A stretch of DNA of 64,000 nt from Octopus sinensis (lineage: Eukaryota). The notes below the pieces were generated by a model. It searched no databases. It worked only from the letters and a program-made list of their open reading frames with translations, and had not been told where the DNA came from. A program made the translations under genes and the position numbers. This document shows positions 1 through 13,420 of the stretch, piece after piece (position 1 is the first letter of the stretch; every line of letters starts with the position of its first letter). The stretch lies in the NCBI RefSeq assembly GCF_006345805.1, contig NC_043000.1, forward strand, positions 69,750,001 through 69,814,000, read 5' to 3'.

Positions 1-322
1 TATTTGTTGAATATTTCTTGTCTCTTTGTAAAATAATAAAGACTGGTTTTATCTCTGTTATTGTGCACGAAGCAGAATATTAACATTATGGGTGCATTTG
101 TATTAACAATCAAGACACACTGCCTAACTTATAATCAATTAAAACGGAAAAATAGAAATAATTTAAATTTACCTCTACAATGACAGTGATAGATAATTTG
201 AATTTTGTTTTTGATTCTAGTAAAGTTTCAGTCATGGTCTGTTTGTGTATGCAATACTTTACTCCTTATACAAAGGTATTTCAAATAAAAGTTAGTAAAG
301 TTTATTCAACTTTTATTGCCTA

Positions 323-323
<1 letters not shown>

Positions 324-390
<67 letters not shown>

Positions 391-396
391 ATCTAT
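324..396. repeat. (TCTA)n microsatellite, 5' flank of Tx1-like LINE copy 1
   Basis: Direct reading of about 18 TCTA units. Confidence 0.97.
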
Positions 397-572
397 GTTG
401 TTGCATCAGCTCGACCTTTTATTGCACACATTTTGTTTTAATCTTTGCATACGAGATGTGTGAAACACCCAACTTTCATTTGAATGTGTTTTCAAGGGAG
501 AAATTGGCCCGCCCTAGGTGCAGTTTCAACTCTATCTAAATTTCTATTTTTCTTTTTGCTCGACTTTGAAAA

Positions 573-2300
573 ATGTCGAGTAATTCCATAGTGGAACGCT
601 GGTCAAATTCGTTCATGGACCAGCATTTCCCTAGCCACGAAACGCTAGAAAAAAAACCCAGAACAACTGCACGCACACCCACCACTCGAATACAAATAGA
701 GACATGGAAAATACGAACGAAGCAAAGGCAAATCTGAGAGACGCGAAGGTGAACTCTGTCAACATCATTGATACGGCAACAGCGATTGTTAACAGCTCTG
801 TCACCCTCATCCCCACCGCCACCAAGACTACCACTGCTACCACCACTGCCACCACCATCACCGCCAACAACAACAAAGAAAGTATGGAAAAGACTCCAAC
901 TATCACCACTACAAAACAAAATGGCTCTTCTGCCAGCATCAACACAATAGCCAAAATTTCTGCTCCTACTGCTATCACCACCACTACCAGCAACAACAAC
1001 AGCAACAACAAAAACAAATCAAATTTTGCAGAAGCCTTAAAACAAAAATAAGACAATACTGGTGGAAGAGATATGCGACAATACAAGTTCACTTCGACAA
1101 CGAAGAAAAAGCCAAAGAACTCCTTACGCTCACCCTACAGTCTGAGGAATCAGTTTTGATTCCGAGATACCTTTGTCAACGAGTGACCAAAATCTCAATC
1201 CAAAATGTCTCTCCAAAAGTAGAGACACAATGGCTGTTGTCCGCCATTTGTTACAAAGACAACATAACTATATTAGAGATTGCTGTCGGGAAAAATCATT
1301 CAGTTGCTGATACAAATAGACCAGAACTCAATAAAAAGCGTCCCAGACTAAATTGAGCTGCCAGACGGCCATAATTTATACGTAGTGGTAGAAAGTAGGA
1401 GGCCTCGCTGTTCCCTGTTTGGCAGCGAGGAGCACCTAAATACTGTGCCCAACAGCGAAGGAACAACAAAAACAAGAACAACAACCACCACCACCACAAC
1501 CAGAAACTTCTGAAAAAATGCGCTGCTACCCACACTAGAGAAGACTTACAACAGGGTGAGTACAACGAAACAGACACACCAATCAAACTCGCCAACACCA
1601 ACACTTGAAAGTGCAGCAGCACCTTGAAAACTCCAACAAAAACAGTAGCTGGAACTAAAGAAACAGAAAAACCAAAAGAATATACAAAAACTGATTCCCA
1701 TTCCCCTATATCACATACACCACTTACAAACAATCAACAACCAACATCAATGAAAGCAACAACATAACCACTTACAGAAACATACATAGACGCTTACAAT
1801 ATGCCCTTATCCCCTTCCGATCCCTCAGAAATTTCGTCGGAAGACGAAAGCAGCAAGGAATGGTAAATAGCCAGAAAATGAAGGCGGAAGAGGCGCAAGA
1901 AAAGAGGAGCAAACACCAACAAAGCAGGGAGATGCACAACTCCCGAAAACATTGCGAACAAACACTAGCACAAACAACACCAACACCAACACTGCAAAAA
2001 CATATGCAGCAACGATGGTCACAGCCATAAATACGAGAAACACAGAGCTGATGGAATACATCAACACAAAAACAAACAACCCACGATGACATCAAAACAA
2101 GCAATCACACCACACACACAACACCAACGGAACACATCAAAATAGTGCATATCATACCAGCCCTACACCACACACTAAAATGCATATAACCCGTGCGGTT
2201 GGAAAATGCCAAAAATATATTTCAAAAAAACTTTATTGTGATCTCCTGGAGGATAAACCAAAGAAGACACAAAAACTTTCGAGCAGTAAGTAAGTCTCTG
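573..2300 (+). pseudogene. ORF1 (gag-like) remnant of Tx1 copy 1
   Basis: RYATIQVHFDNEEKAKELLTLTLQSEESVLIPRYLCQRVTKISIQNV aligns by eye to RSATVEAHFESADVTRDISSMTLKSEDIMLLPTYMGKRTAKLYVEDI of copy 2. Degenerate knuckle RRPRCSLFGSEEHLKYC near 1405-1450. Thr/Asn-rich low-complexity stretch at 704-1051. Confidence 0.75.
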
Positions 2301-2342
2301 TTCCTTTCGTTTGTGTTCTAAAACACGCAACTCATTAGGATC

Positions 2343-5293
2343 GTGATCAAGATTGATTGTGTGAATGCACGTGACTTGGGGTCCCCTCCCATTCCTATCA
2401 ATGTAGGTAGAGATAGGAATGGGAGGGGATGTAAGTATCTCAAAAACATGCTCAAACATTTCCAACTGTCTGACATGTACCCACTGAACCACCTGAATGT
2501 GCCAATGTGGACCTGGAGCAACCGCATCGGATCGTCCAGACCGTATTTCGATAGGACAGTGTATAGGGATAGTGTAGATAGCCCACAGTTTCATATAGTC
2601 AGCTACACAGATCCTAAATTTGTGACTTGTATGCTTGACTTAGATACGAATCATAGGCAAGGTTCCGGTTACTGGAAACTGAACGCGTCATTCACGGTGA
2701 AACAGGCTTACAGAGACCGGATTAGCACATTAGTTAAGAGGGCGTTGACGGGAACCATCGTCAACAATAAATGGTGGTATGCCCTAAAGAGAGCAATTAA
2801 AAAAGAATCGGTTAGGTATAGATCAAAATAGAATAGAGGGAGACCTAGTTAAGAAATCAGAAGAGGCACATAAAAGTGGCATAGCGTCCAACGTGCTGGC
2901 GGCGAGGTTGCCCCTCGACCAACACTTTAACGCCAAACACGAAAGATGCGTTGTCAGAGCTAGGATGCATCCTCTGAGAAACGAAGGAATTAGAGCCACC
3001 CGAATAGACCCGAGTGGCGGAGTCGCAACGAGGCAACAAAGCCACCATTAGGTCTCTGACAGATGAACAGGGACGCGAATCACTCGAGCCCGAAGGGACG
3101 TGTGAAGCCTTTCAACAGCGCTTTGCCCGAATGTTCGGGACAACTGGTGGGTCAGAACGCAGGGTATACTTTAGTGCCTACCTGCATGGCCTGCCACGAC
3201 TCTCAGCAAGCGAGGCAGAGTGTTGTGAAAGACCCATCACAGCTGCGGACATACGGGATGCGATGGCAGGCTGCGCAGGAGACAAGTCGCCAAGCTTGGA
3301 TTGTCTGCTCTACGAGCTTTATTGTCACATGCCAGACTTGTTTAGAGGCGTCTTGGCAGCGGTCTACTGCAACTGGTAGCAAAACGGGAGTATCCCCAGT
3401 TTTGTGAGTCGAGGAGCGGTAACACTGCTAAAGAAAGATCCTAACAAGGGGAACATCATAGATAATTTCAACCCCATCACTCTACTCAACGCAGATTTGA
3501 AGATTTTGGCCAAGGTGCTAGCCGACAGGTTGGTGATTGTCGTCGAGAAAATAGTCGACAAGGGGAAAACATGCGCCGTGCCTAGCAGGAGTATCCACGA
3601 CGACCTCATCTGATGCGCTGCTTCATCTGATGGCATGGGTGGGGCACTGATCAATTGAGGTCAATCGAAAGCTTTCGATAGAGTCGACCATCGTTACTTG
3701 GAGGCTGCCCTCATAGCGGCTGATTTCCGCCCGTCTTCCGTGGTTGGATCGCTGCCTTATACAACGGCATCTGATCGGTAGTTCGCATAAATAGTCATCT
3801 ATCCAGACCATTTAACATAACGAATTCGGTCCATCAAGTATGACCCCTCTCGTCGCTTCTGTACGTATTAACTTTAGATACACTACTGCGGAAACTGGCG
3901 ATGCTGAGGGGCATCCCACGAGAATTGGAATGTGAGAGGAGCGTGTCTGCATATGCGGACGACATCACCGTCATAGTGTCGAGCCACAGGCATATTGACT
4001 TGATCGGCGAATCACCAAAAGAATACGAAGCGGTAACGAGAGCGATAACCGGGAAAAGTCAGTGGGCTTGCGGTTCGGCACCTGGAGAAATAAGCCCATG
4101 CCGTCCAACAGCGTCTCTATCTTGGGACACTGCACCGACGGACCATTTAAATTGCACAGGGTCTGGTTCGGACCAGACCTCCAAATGGAGAACTGGGACG
4201 AGATAACGAGTAGGGTGGATACTCTCTCCTAGCAACGGACCGAGAGGAACCTATCCCTAAAAGATTAGCTGAAGGTGGCGTACGCGTACATCGCGTCCGT
4301 CATCTATTACTGTCTGACCGTCGTGCCTTGTCCCGACCCTACCATCACCATTTGATTTGCTGTCAACACCTGCTAAATGAAGGGCTGGGCATGCCGTGGT
4401 TGATGATGCGTAGACATGCGCTGAGACTGCGACATCTCTAGCGCTTCATAGACGACGGTGAACAGGGGTGGTCGCCGTTTGTGAGACGCGCTTTCCTGCA
4501 GCTCGTCTCTTTGGCCGAAATGCAGTCTTGGATCAAACAGAGAATGGCACCGCGAGTGTCGCTATGCTCTCGAGCAACTCTGCCGACCGGGACCAAACTT
4601 GTGCAACTCTACTTCCATAAAAGCGTTCTATGGAGGGGAGGTGTGACGACGTTCTTGGGGAGAACGACGTTCTTGGGGAGAACGACGTTCTGGGCGTCAA
4701 CAAGGAACACCTTTGGGCCTATGGACAATCACAAGAGATCCCTGACCTGGTAGTGCTATCGGGAAGCATTGCCTGTTTAGAATAAGCTCTACAGGAACGG
4801 TTCGTGAAATAACCGACCGACTTGACCAGTCGCTCTGACCGAGATGCGGTCAGAGCGACGAAACCGTTCTGCTCGCATTCGTGCAATGTCCAAACGTTTC
4901 AGACATGTGGGCTTATGTAGAACGGCTGCTTCAGTCAATTTTTAATATTTTTGTTTTAAACCAGAATAAGGCGGCCTTTCTTATGTCTTGACGTTCTGAG
5001 TTGTCGGCCGAGTCTATCATGAATATTACCCCGCCACCTTCCTTTAACTGAGAAGGCAAGGCAGTTTTCATTGTACTGGTGGCTATGGTGAAAAAATGTG
5101 TGTGGTGGACGCGTTTGAATGGTTTAGAGACAAACACTTTCCTCTCTGGCCAACCGCTAATCAACTTTTTCACCTGAATAGGAAGGTGAGAATGAAGGAA
5201 GTTTTGTCTCATGAAAGTTTCAATAAAAAGTGGGTGAATGTAGCAAATATAGTACGCATGAATGACGAAACCACTTTGAGCATTATCCTATAA
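2343..5293 (+). pseudogene. ORF2 (APE endonuclease + RT) remnant of Tx1 copy 1
   Basis: ORF pieces 2343-2831, 3014-3379, 3404-3613 and 3901-4206 are collinear with ORF2 of copy 2, with many stops and frameshifts. Confidence 0.9.
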
Positions 5294-5561
5294 ATTCAAG
5301 AGAGAGAGAGAGAGCTTTGCTCTCATGTATTTCTTTCCCAGTCTGAGGTTACCGTGGTCGTTTTCATAGGCTTTTCTTTCCACGGATAAACCTAATCTGC
5401 CCTACATTTTTAATCCCCTTTTTGGGAACTCTATTATAAACGGAACATTGTTATTTCGCTTTCGACCCCTTTTGATCGTATTTTTTTCTTTTGTTCTCTT
5501 TCGAAAAGAAAAGTACTACATTGTATTGTCCCCTCTGTATTCGGCCCTGCGTGGCTAATAA

Positions 5562-5562
<1 letters not shown>

Positions 5563-5616
<54 letters not shown>

Positions 5617-5629
5617 CATCTATCTATCC

Positions 5630-5686
<57 letters not shown>

Positions 5687-5700
5687 GCTATCTATCTATA
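5563..5700. repeat. (TCTA)n microsatellite, 3' flank/tail of Tx1 copy 1
   Basis: Direct reading; starts immediately after AATAAA. Confidence 0.97.
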
Positions 5701-6719
5701 CAACAATTTCACTACGTTTTCCTTCTCTTTGCTACATTTGAGAATGTTTGCCAAAGACAGTAGGTCATTTTCGGATTATCTATCTTTATACACTTCTCAC
5801 ATGGAAAGAAAGTGCTTGTAAAACTGTATTAAGGATAATTGTTTTCAAATATATCAACTTATATACTTAGTGACAAATGTAATCTTTGTTTGGTGGCAAA
5901 GGTTAGCTACAGCACAGAATAGTGTGCTAAAGCCTGTTTTGATCATGAGGCAGGAGTTTAAATATAGAAAAATGGTATGAATGTAGATAAATGATAGATG
6001 ATGCATGCAAAACATTCTCATTTCATATTTCTTTGAATTAATGAGCAAAAGTGGATACTTCTACCTTTTTTAATTTTCGTCAATAATATTTTGAATTTAA
6101 AATATATTTGTTATTTACAAGAAAACCAAATGAATTTGGCAGCTTATCAACTGAACTGCTTTTCACATGCAATATAGTTATTCTCATTTGAATATCCAAA
6201 AACAAAATCATCTTCTAGTTCTCTCTACTTAAATTTGCTTTAACACAGGTTTTGTGTTGAAGTAAAATTGATGTCCAACTGATACCTTTCTCGATATTAT
6301 TAGAATCTAAGCTAATCTTCTGATTCATTAGGAGCCTACAGTTCTTTTAAGAAAGCGAAATGACTCTCTGAGAAAGGCCTAGTGCATATTTTATGTTGAC
6401 TATGAATGAAGTCACCTATCCGTTTCGAACATTAATTTATCATGCACAGTAGAATGCCTGAATTATTTTCATACTGTGCGTTGTGTTGCTTTAAATTTAA
6501 ATTTTACCGCTCCTCTATAAATGTCGCCTGATTCTGAAAAATTAGCAGAAACATACATCTGCTGGAAACAGTACTTTAATCCGATAAAATAAAATCCGAT
6601 TAAAACAGAAAATTTCAGGAAATACGAAAAGTCTTTCTTAATCATTTTATTTCCTGAATATAATGAGGAGAATGAAGCTGTTTAAAAACAATACTTTATA
6701 CCTGTCACCCACGTCCGCT

Positions 6720-6977
6720 TCCTCTCTCTCTCTCTCATATGCTTGTGCATACATACATACATACATACATATATATATATAGATATATATACACACATAT
6801 GTATAGACGCGCGCGCGCGCACACACACACACACACACACATATACACATATATATCCGTATGAAATTATGAGAAGAAAATACAGTTAGTGGTTTATATT
6901 TATTTAATAATAAATTGATAATCATTTCTCACTCATTGAATAAATGACAAATTTATGCATTAAATTTGCATTTATAT

Positions 6978-7051
<74 letters not shown>

Positions 7052-7160
7052 ATATATAATATATATATATATAAGCATATGTGTATATATATATATATAT
7101 ATATACATATGCATGTGTATAGACATATATATATGTATTTATATACACGCATACATATGC
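6720..7160. repeat. Compound (CT)/(TACA)/(CA)/(TA)n microsatellites
   Basis: Direct reading. Confidence 0.9.
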
Positions 7161-8275
7161 ATATGGTAGTGCTATTTGCGTATGTTACACTTACTGTTCT
7201 TGGTGCATAAGTCATAAAGGTCGGGAGTCATGAAAGTTCAATGCATTTATTTAAAGCCTTCATCTTTTATTAATAATTTCAGTGTGGAAGAAAAACTGGT
7301 TACATGTTTGCATTAATATGCATATATTCAAATGTCAATGCAAATAAAATAAGCTAGCTCATCAGATCATCAGAACATCGAATTTGCATCAACGATTCAA
7401 CTCTAAGCTTTCTGACAGGTTCACGATTATCTGAATCTATATGCTGCCTCACGCAGGGACTCTTAAACTCAAAACTACCATAATAAACACCTACCGAACG
7501 CGAGGGAATGCAATTCTCGAAGTGAGTCTTTTAAAAACAGATTCAGCTGCAGATCATATGATTTTATAATTAGTGCACAAAATGCACTTTTTAATCATCA
7601 GTGCAAGCATTATCACGACACATAAAAATAAACAAAAAAAAAATCAACATACCAGACGAACACCAAATGTATTCAGTATACACACAAGGAAAAAAGCAGA
7701 GTGGAATGTAGAATGCTTTTTCACTGGGCGTATATAAACGTGTATATGGAATCCTTTGTGCGCGCGTGTGGATGTGTGCGTCTTTGCGTGTATGTCCGTA
7801 TATAAATGTGTGTGTGTGCGTGCATGCGAGTATGTGCTTATATTGACGTGTTTTACTCATTTTATTTTACACTTTTTCCTACATTTTTGCCTTTAGTCCT
7901 GTTTTTTCTTCTGCATGTGCGTATATAGACGTGTGTATGATTTTTTTTGTGCGCGCGTGTGTGCGTGTGTGCGTATATAGACGTGTGCGTGTATGCGCGT
8001 ATATAGACGTGTGTGTGCGTGCATACGGGTATGTGCGTATATAGACGTATTTTACTCTTATTGCTTATTTTTTTAAATACTTCTTTACACTTTCTGTATT
8101 GTTGCCCTTAACTCTGTTTTTCCTTGTGCTTATGCGTATATAGACGTGTGTATGAACCTTTTTGGTGCGCGTGTGTGTGTAGGATTGTACACATATATAT
8201 ATATATTTGTTTTGATGAGAATGTGTATGTTTCAAGTGTGGGTGGATGAGTGTATACTTATAAACGCATGTACGT

Positions 8276-8312
<37 letters not shown>

Positions 8313-8459
8313 AAAAGCAATAAAGATTCAAGTTAATTTAAATGAATTTACTTGAATATGGTACCTAACTTAGATGCACCAAAAAAAGCTATACTGTTTT
8401 AACAATACAGTAATGTGGGGTGATTATAAGCGAGAAAGAAGCAACAAGAATGGATAGGT

Positions 8460-8550
8460 TTTTAGTACAATCGTTTCATACAAGGACAGGCTTTATTAAA
8501 AGTTGCAAAAATTACAGCATATAAACGTGTCCCGTACTCATCAGCTAAAA
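8460..8550 (-). ncRNA. Type I hammerhead ribozyme motif (sense pLTR copy)
   Basis: Minus strand reads TTTTAG-CTGATGA-GTACGGGACA...TGTCCTTGTAT-GAAAC-GATT-GTA-CTAAAA: complete core, 6-bp stem I, paired stem II base. Confidence 0.85.
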
Positions 8551-10014
8551 TACATGTGAGTTCTCTAGACATCCTAGTGGTTGAGGCTATACTCATGAAG
8601 TAATGTAGATAATTAAGTAACATAAACAGATTTCCAAAGTTCATTAAAGTTCTTTAAGATGATGTACAGTCTTATCACAGAATTTTAAAAAAGTTTTAAT
8701 AGCATCACAGAGAAGGTGACCTAATCCATAGTGCACATATGAATTTCCAGAGATATGAGGAGGGATTACATACTCACAGACGACAAATTTATCCATTGTT
8801 AATCACAACGAGGTGGGTCTCAATCCTGCTTATTAGCATTACAGAGAGGGTGAATTAATCCTTTGTATAGATGCACAATTTCCAATGGTGTAGATGTAAA
8901 TTTCCAGAGAAATGAAGAGGAATTTCATATTCACAGGCGATAAATTTATCAATGGTTGAACACAATGAGGTAGGTATCAATTCTTGTTATATGATTAGGT
9001 ATTTGCCACATTAATCACATTACTGCTATTTACAAGAGGCTGTAGCTATTTAACTTTTAAAGCTGAAGGGCTTTCTAGAGAGGCAAAGAACAGAAAAGGG
9101 AAGGAAGAGAAGAAAAGAGAGAAAATAAAGGAGGAGGGAGCAAAAAGGGGGGTAGGGGGACTAAAAGAGAAGAGAAAAGGAAAAGAGAATAAGAAGAAGA
9201 AAAAGAAAAAGAGAAAAGAGAAAGAAATAGGGAAAGAAGGGAAAAAAAAAGAGGAAAAGAAAAAAAAGGGTTCTAGTTATACAGAAGAATTAGTAGACGA
9301 CGCAAGTCTGGTTTTAATTTACAGGCATCTAGGAACTAGAGGAGAATATTATTCTTTGACCAGTAAAACAGCTAATTTATTGCTGTTGAAATCAGCTATT
9401 AATTTAAAGAGAATCTAAAGAGATAACACGGTCAGGGGTTTAGGGGTCAGAGGCTAAAATCAAAAGAAAATACATTAGGAAAATCTAAGTATAATCTTAT
9501 CAAAAGTCATTAAAATTATTTATTTAATTTTATTCTTTTATTGTCTTAAGGATTGCCGTTATTATTCATACATTGACGGACTACAGGTCAAATCTTAGAA
9601 GATCATTTACAAGGTTTTAGGGAATTGTCTATCATAATGAAGATAATCATATTATCACCGAGGAGTAGCCTTATTTATTTAATTTTGAAATAGAATTATG
9701 GGGCTTTAGTAACTCATTTTATTTTATTAAAGTTAAGTTAAGAATTAAAATTAAAAATTACAATAAGATTTAAAATTAAGATTTAAAATTATGAGTTTGA
9801 ATTAAATAAAGCCTCAATTAAGCAGCGTATAAGTACTATTCATTTCCCTGTTCTCAAAAAACTGATGCAGATATAGGAAAAGATAACTGTAGTGTGAGAA
9901 CTCTTAGTTATCTACTTAAAGCAGTGCTATACTAGTAAAAATCAAGTTATATCTATCTATCTATCTAGTTACGAATATTTTAATCATTTAAAATATTTTA
10001 AAGTAAAGTCTTCA

Positions 10015-11146
10015 ATTAGCGTGGACACAAACTTGACCTAGTTCGATATGGTTATTCAATAAGTTTCTGTTTTTTCTATGCTTTAGAATTTCATACGTCT
10101 CCATGGAGCATAGTTGGCAACCAACCCTACTATTTTTATACGGAATTGCTCTCCTAACTATTTCCCAATTAAGGTTATAAAATTATTATTTTTTTGAGTT
10201 CCCAGATTTTGTTTGAAAGTGTGGTGGTACCAGCTTTATGACGTAATTTAAAAGACGAGATGTGATTTCTAACTCTGGCTAGAAAATTAATTGTACATCC
10301 AATGTAAAAATATTTGTTATTCTCCGTGGATATGGTACATTTATAGATTACATTATTTTCCCCGCATAGATCAGTGCCGGGCATTTTGATTTTATTCTAC
10401 ACTTACACACAGGAGGAACAACTTCAGGTTTGGATTATTCTTGGGTAGATGTCTTAGGTTCCTATTATTTTGATTATCATGAGTATAATTGTCCTATTGT
10501 TATTAATATTTCTATAGTTAGTGCTGATATCTAAAGTATTGCTATTATTTATTGATCCATCTGTTTCATCATTTAGGTCTAAAGTCCTACCATGATTTCT
10601 TATATTATTGGTAATGTTACTATTATTGTTAGTCTTTTTATCCGACTGCATATTGTTGTTATAGATATCACTGATATTTTCATCTCCTTTTTTTCTCCAT
10701 TAGCCTTATTTCTATTATTTCTATTATTAACATTATTACTTCTATTAATATCGGCATTGTTATTATTACTATTAATGTTAATGTTATTAGTCATTCTGTG
10801 GTTACTAATTTCACCTATGTTTTGATAGTTACTATTGCTGTTTTTATTGTTGGTAGTATTATTATAATTGCTATTGGTATTCATGCTGATATTATTATTT
10901 TTATTTCTATCTTTCCTGGCTAGTTTAATGTTGTTATTATTAATCTTAGCTATTAAAGTGGACATATTTGGGAGGGTTGAATAAGAAATCCTAACTGTTT
11001 TCCTAGAGATAATTCTATGATATCTATGAGAGATAGGGAAATTTTTTTCCAGAATTACTTTGAATTTGTTCTGTATATCCGATTGTATCGCACAGTTGAA
11101 AGGAATATTCAGCCATAATATATCTTTTTTATTAAATTTAGGGTTT
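10015..11146 (-). pseudogene. Penelope C-terminal linker + GIY-YIG endonuclease remnant
   Basis: ORFs 10600-11214 and 10175-10384 plus downstream frame YNLNWEIVRRAIPYKNSRVGCQLCSMETYEILK; frameshifted. Confidence 0.88.
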
Positions 11147-11528
11147 ATATGAAATTCCTCTTCATTTCTCTGGAAATTTACATCTACACCATTGGAAATT
11201 GTGCATCTATACAAAGGATTAATTCACCCTCTCTGTAATGCTAATAAGCAGGAATTGAGACCCACCTCGTTGTGATTAACAATGGATAAATTTGTCGTCT
11301 GTGAGTATGTAATCCCTCCTCATATCTCTGGAAATTCATATGTGCACTATGGATTAGGTCACCTTCTCTGTGATGCTATTAAAACTTTTTTAAAATTCTG
11401 TGATAAGACTGTACATCATCTTTAAAGAACTTTAATGAACTTTGGAAATCTGTTTATGTTACTTAATTATCCATACATACTTCATGAGTATAGCCTCAAC
11501 CACTAGGATGTCTAGAGAACTCACATGT

Positions 11529-11621
11529 ATTTTAGCTGATGAGTACGGGACACGTTTAAATGCTGTAATTTTTGCAACTTTTAATAAAGCCTGTCCTTGT
11601 ATGAAACGATTGTACTAAAAA
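11529..11621 (+). ncRNA. Type I hammerhead ribozyme motif (inverted pLTR copy)
   Basis: CTGATGA 11536-11542, GAAAC 11603-11607, GTA 11612-11614, stem I TTTTAG/CTAAAA. Confidence 0.85.
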
Positions 11622-11656
11622 CCTATCCATTCTTGTTGCTTCTTTCTCGCGTATAT

Positions 11657-11689
<33 letters not shown>

Positions 11690-11699
11690 ATATATATAT

Positions 11700-12290
11700 A
11701 TATAGGGAGAATTCACGAAAAAACAAAAGACGAATACAGGTGGTGTAGAAAGCAAACAGATTTATTAGTATAACGCTCGGGAATTGAAAAATTCTTTTAC
11801 GTTTCGAGCTTACGCTCTTCCACAGAAAGGAACACAGAAATAAACAAGGAGAGAAAAAAATGTGTGTAGTGGCTACCGATCTATCATGGCGACTGCCGGA
11901 CAGAAGGGTCACACAGGAGAGCGAAGAAGTAGGAGAGATAACAAAGTAATAGTGATCCCAAAATGAAGGTGCGCGTGTGTAAGAGAGTATGTATGTGCGT
12001 GTGAATAAGGGCTGGTGGTCTTGACGTGTGCGTGTGTGTATGCATGGGTGTGAAAATGTGGGGATGGGAATTGGTCAGTGCTGGTGTGTGGGTGGTGGTG
12101 TGTTGTGATGTGATGTGTTGTGTGATATGATGTAGTGTGGTGTGGTGTGATGTTGTTGGGAGGCGGGGGAGGCGAGAGTGGGGAAAGCACGGGTCGGGTG
12201 TGGGTTGGGGTAGAGTTGGGGTATATGGATAGGGAGAGGGTGGGGGTATACATACATACATATATATATATATGTGTGTGTGTGAATATA
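11700..12290 (-). mobile_element. Penelope-family 3' fragment (CTGTRGA-hammerhead family) ending at (TA)n
   Basis: Homologous to 38820-40277, which retains GIY-YIG, and to 41170-41940. HHR-like motif at 11795-11829. Confidence 0.75.
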
Positions 12291-12748
12291 TGTATGTATA
12301 TGTGTGTGTGTGTTAAGAAAAAGGAGACAGTCAAAGTCTTGAGATAATTCTTTATTAGTGCTTTCGTTCGTTTAACCGGTCTTAAATATAAAACCAAGAT
12401 ATGCATACATATTTGTGTGTTTGTGTGTGTGTGTGTGTTGGTGTACGTCTTCGTGTTTGTCCCACGTCACCGCTTGACAACCGCTGTTGCTCTGTTTACG
12501 TCCCGGTAACTTAGCGGTCGGCAAAAAGACAGATGGAATACGTGCTAGGCTTAGAATAACTGTGCTGGTGTAGATTCATTCAACTAAAACTCCACCATAG
12601 CGGTGCAACAGCATGGTCACAAGTTGAAGTAAAGTGAGTGGCGGAAAAATTACAGACACACATCTACCAACCCACGTTGCGAAGATACATAGTTAGAGAA
12701 AGAATCGTCCATACGCGTAAACATAGGCATGCATAAATGCATACACAT

Positions 12749-12800
<52 letters not shown>

Positions 12801-13182
12801 ACACACTCACACACACACTGGCAGCCCCATACACATATATATGTATGAATGCATATATTGTACCTATGTATTTTAGCTCTGCTTCCTCCTAACAAAGAAT
12901 TAACATGATACAGTAATTCTTTCTATTTATGTTGTTGTATGATAGGGGCAAGGGAGAGTATCCATCTTCCAGATTTTCAGTCCTTCTTGGTGATCCACCA
13001 AATCAGTCTCTTCAGTTTAGGTTTTGCTCTAATGTTTTCCTTTTCAGGCGAAGAAACAAGTCAACGAAACTTTATGTTCTACAATCTGCAAATATGCGTT
13101 ACTAATCTTACTAAGTGGTTTTTTCTTCTTGTAGGCCGTTACTAACTTCGTTGGATTTCGGATTTTATTTTAAGATCTTAAT

Positions 13183-13420
13183 GAGGCAAGTTGGAGAGCT
13201 AGCAAAATCGTTAGCACGCCAGGCAAAATGTCTTGCAGTATTTCGTCTGTCTTTACCTTCAGAGCTAAAATTCCGCTGAGATCGGCTTTGCCTTTCATCC
13301 TTTGGGGGGGGGGTCAATAAAATAACTACCAGCTGAGCAATGGGGCCGATGTAATCCACATAACTCCTCTCCACGAACTTCTTGGCTTTGTACCAAAATT
13401 TAAAACCAATATTTTAATGA
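13183..13420 (+). mobile_element. tRNA-head SINE family A (diverged)
   Basis: Head resembling GGCGGCGAGCTGGCAGAATCGTTAGC, body CTTTCATCCTTT..GGGTC.ATAAA; many homologues in the window. Confidence 0.75.

Larger units (their letters stand above)
397..5562 (+). mobile_element. Decayed Tx1/L1-clade non-LTR retrotransposon (copy 1)
   Basis: ORF1 remnants, APE remnants (MIKIDCVNARDLG, WTWSN, SYTDPKFV, GSGYWKLN) and RT remnants (FNPITLLNADLKILAKVLA, SAYADDITV). Ends at AATAAA 5557-5562 followed by (TCTA)n. The 5' boundary is inferred from the end of the upstream microsatellite. Confidence 0.9.
8425..11655 (-). mobile_element. 5'-truncated Penelope-like element with inverted ~506-bp pseudo-LTRs
   Basis: 8425-8930 is the reverse complement of 11147-11655. 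The minus strand encodes the RT thumb/linker (ILWLNIPFN...ISYSTLPNM), CKCRIKSKCP and a GIY-YIG (VIYKCTIS...YFYIGCT...RVRNH; WEIVRRAIPY...CQLC). The right end abuts (TA)n. Confidence 0.92.

Noticed and set aside
4647-4695. 21-bp tandem duplication inside Tx1 copy 1
   Set aside because: Local slippage in a dead element.
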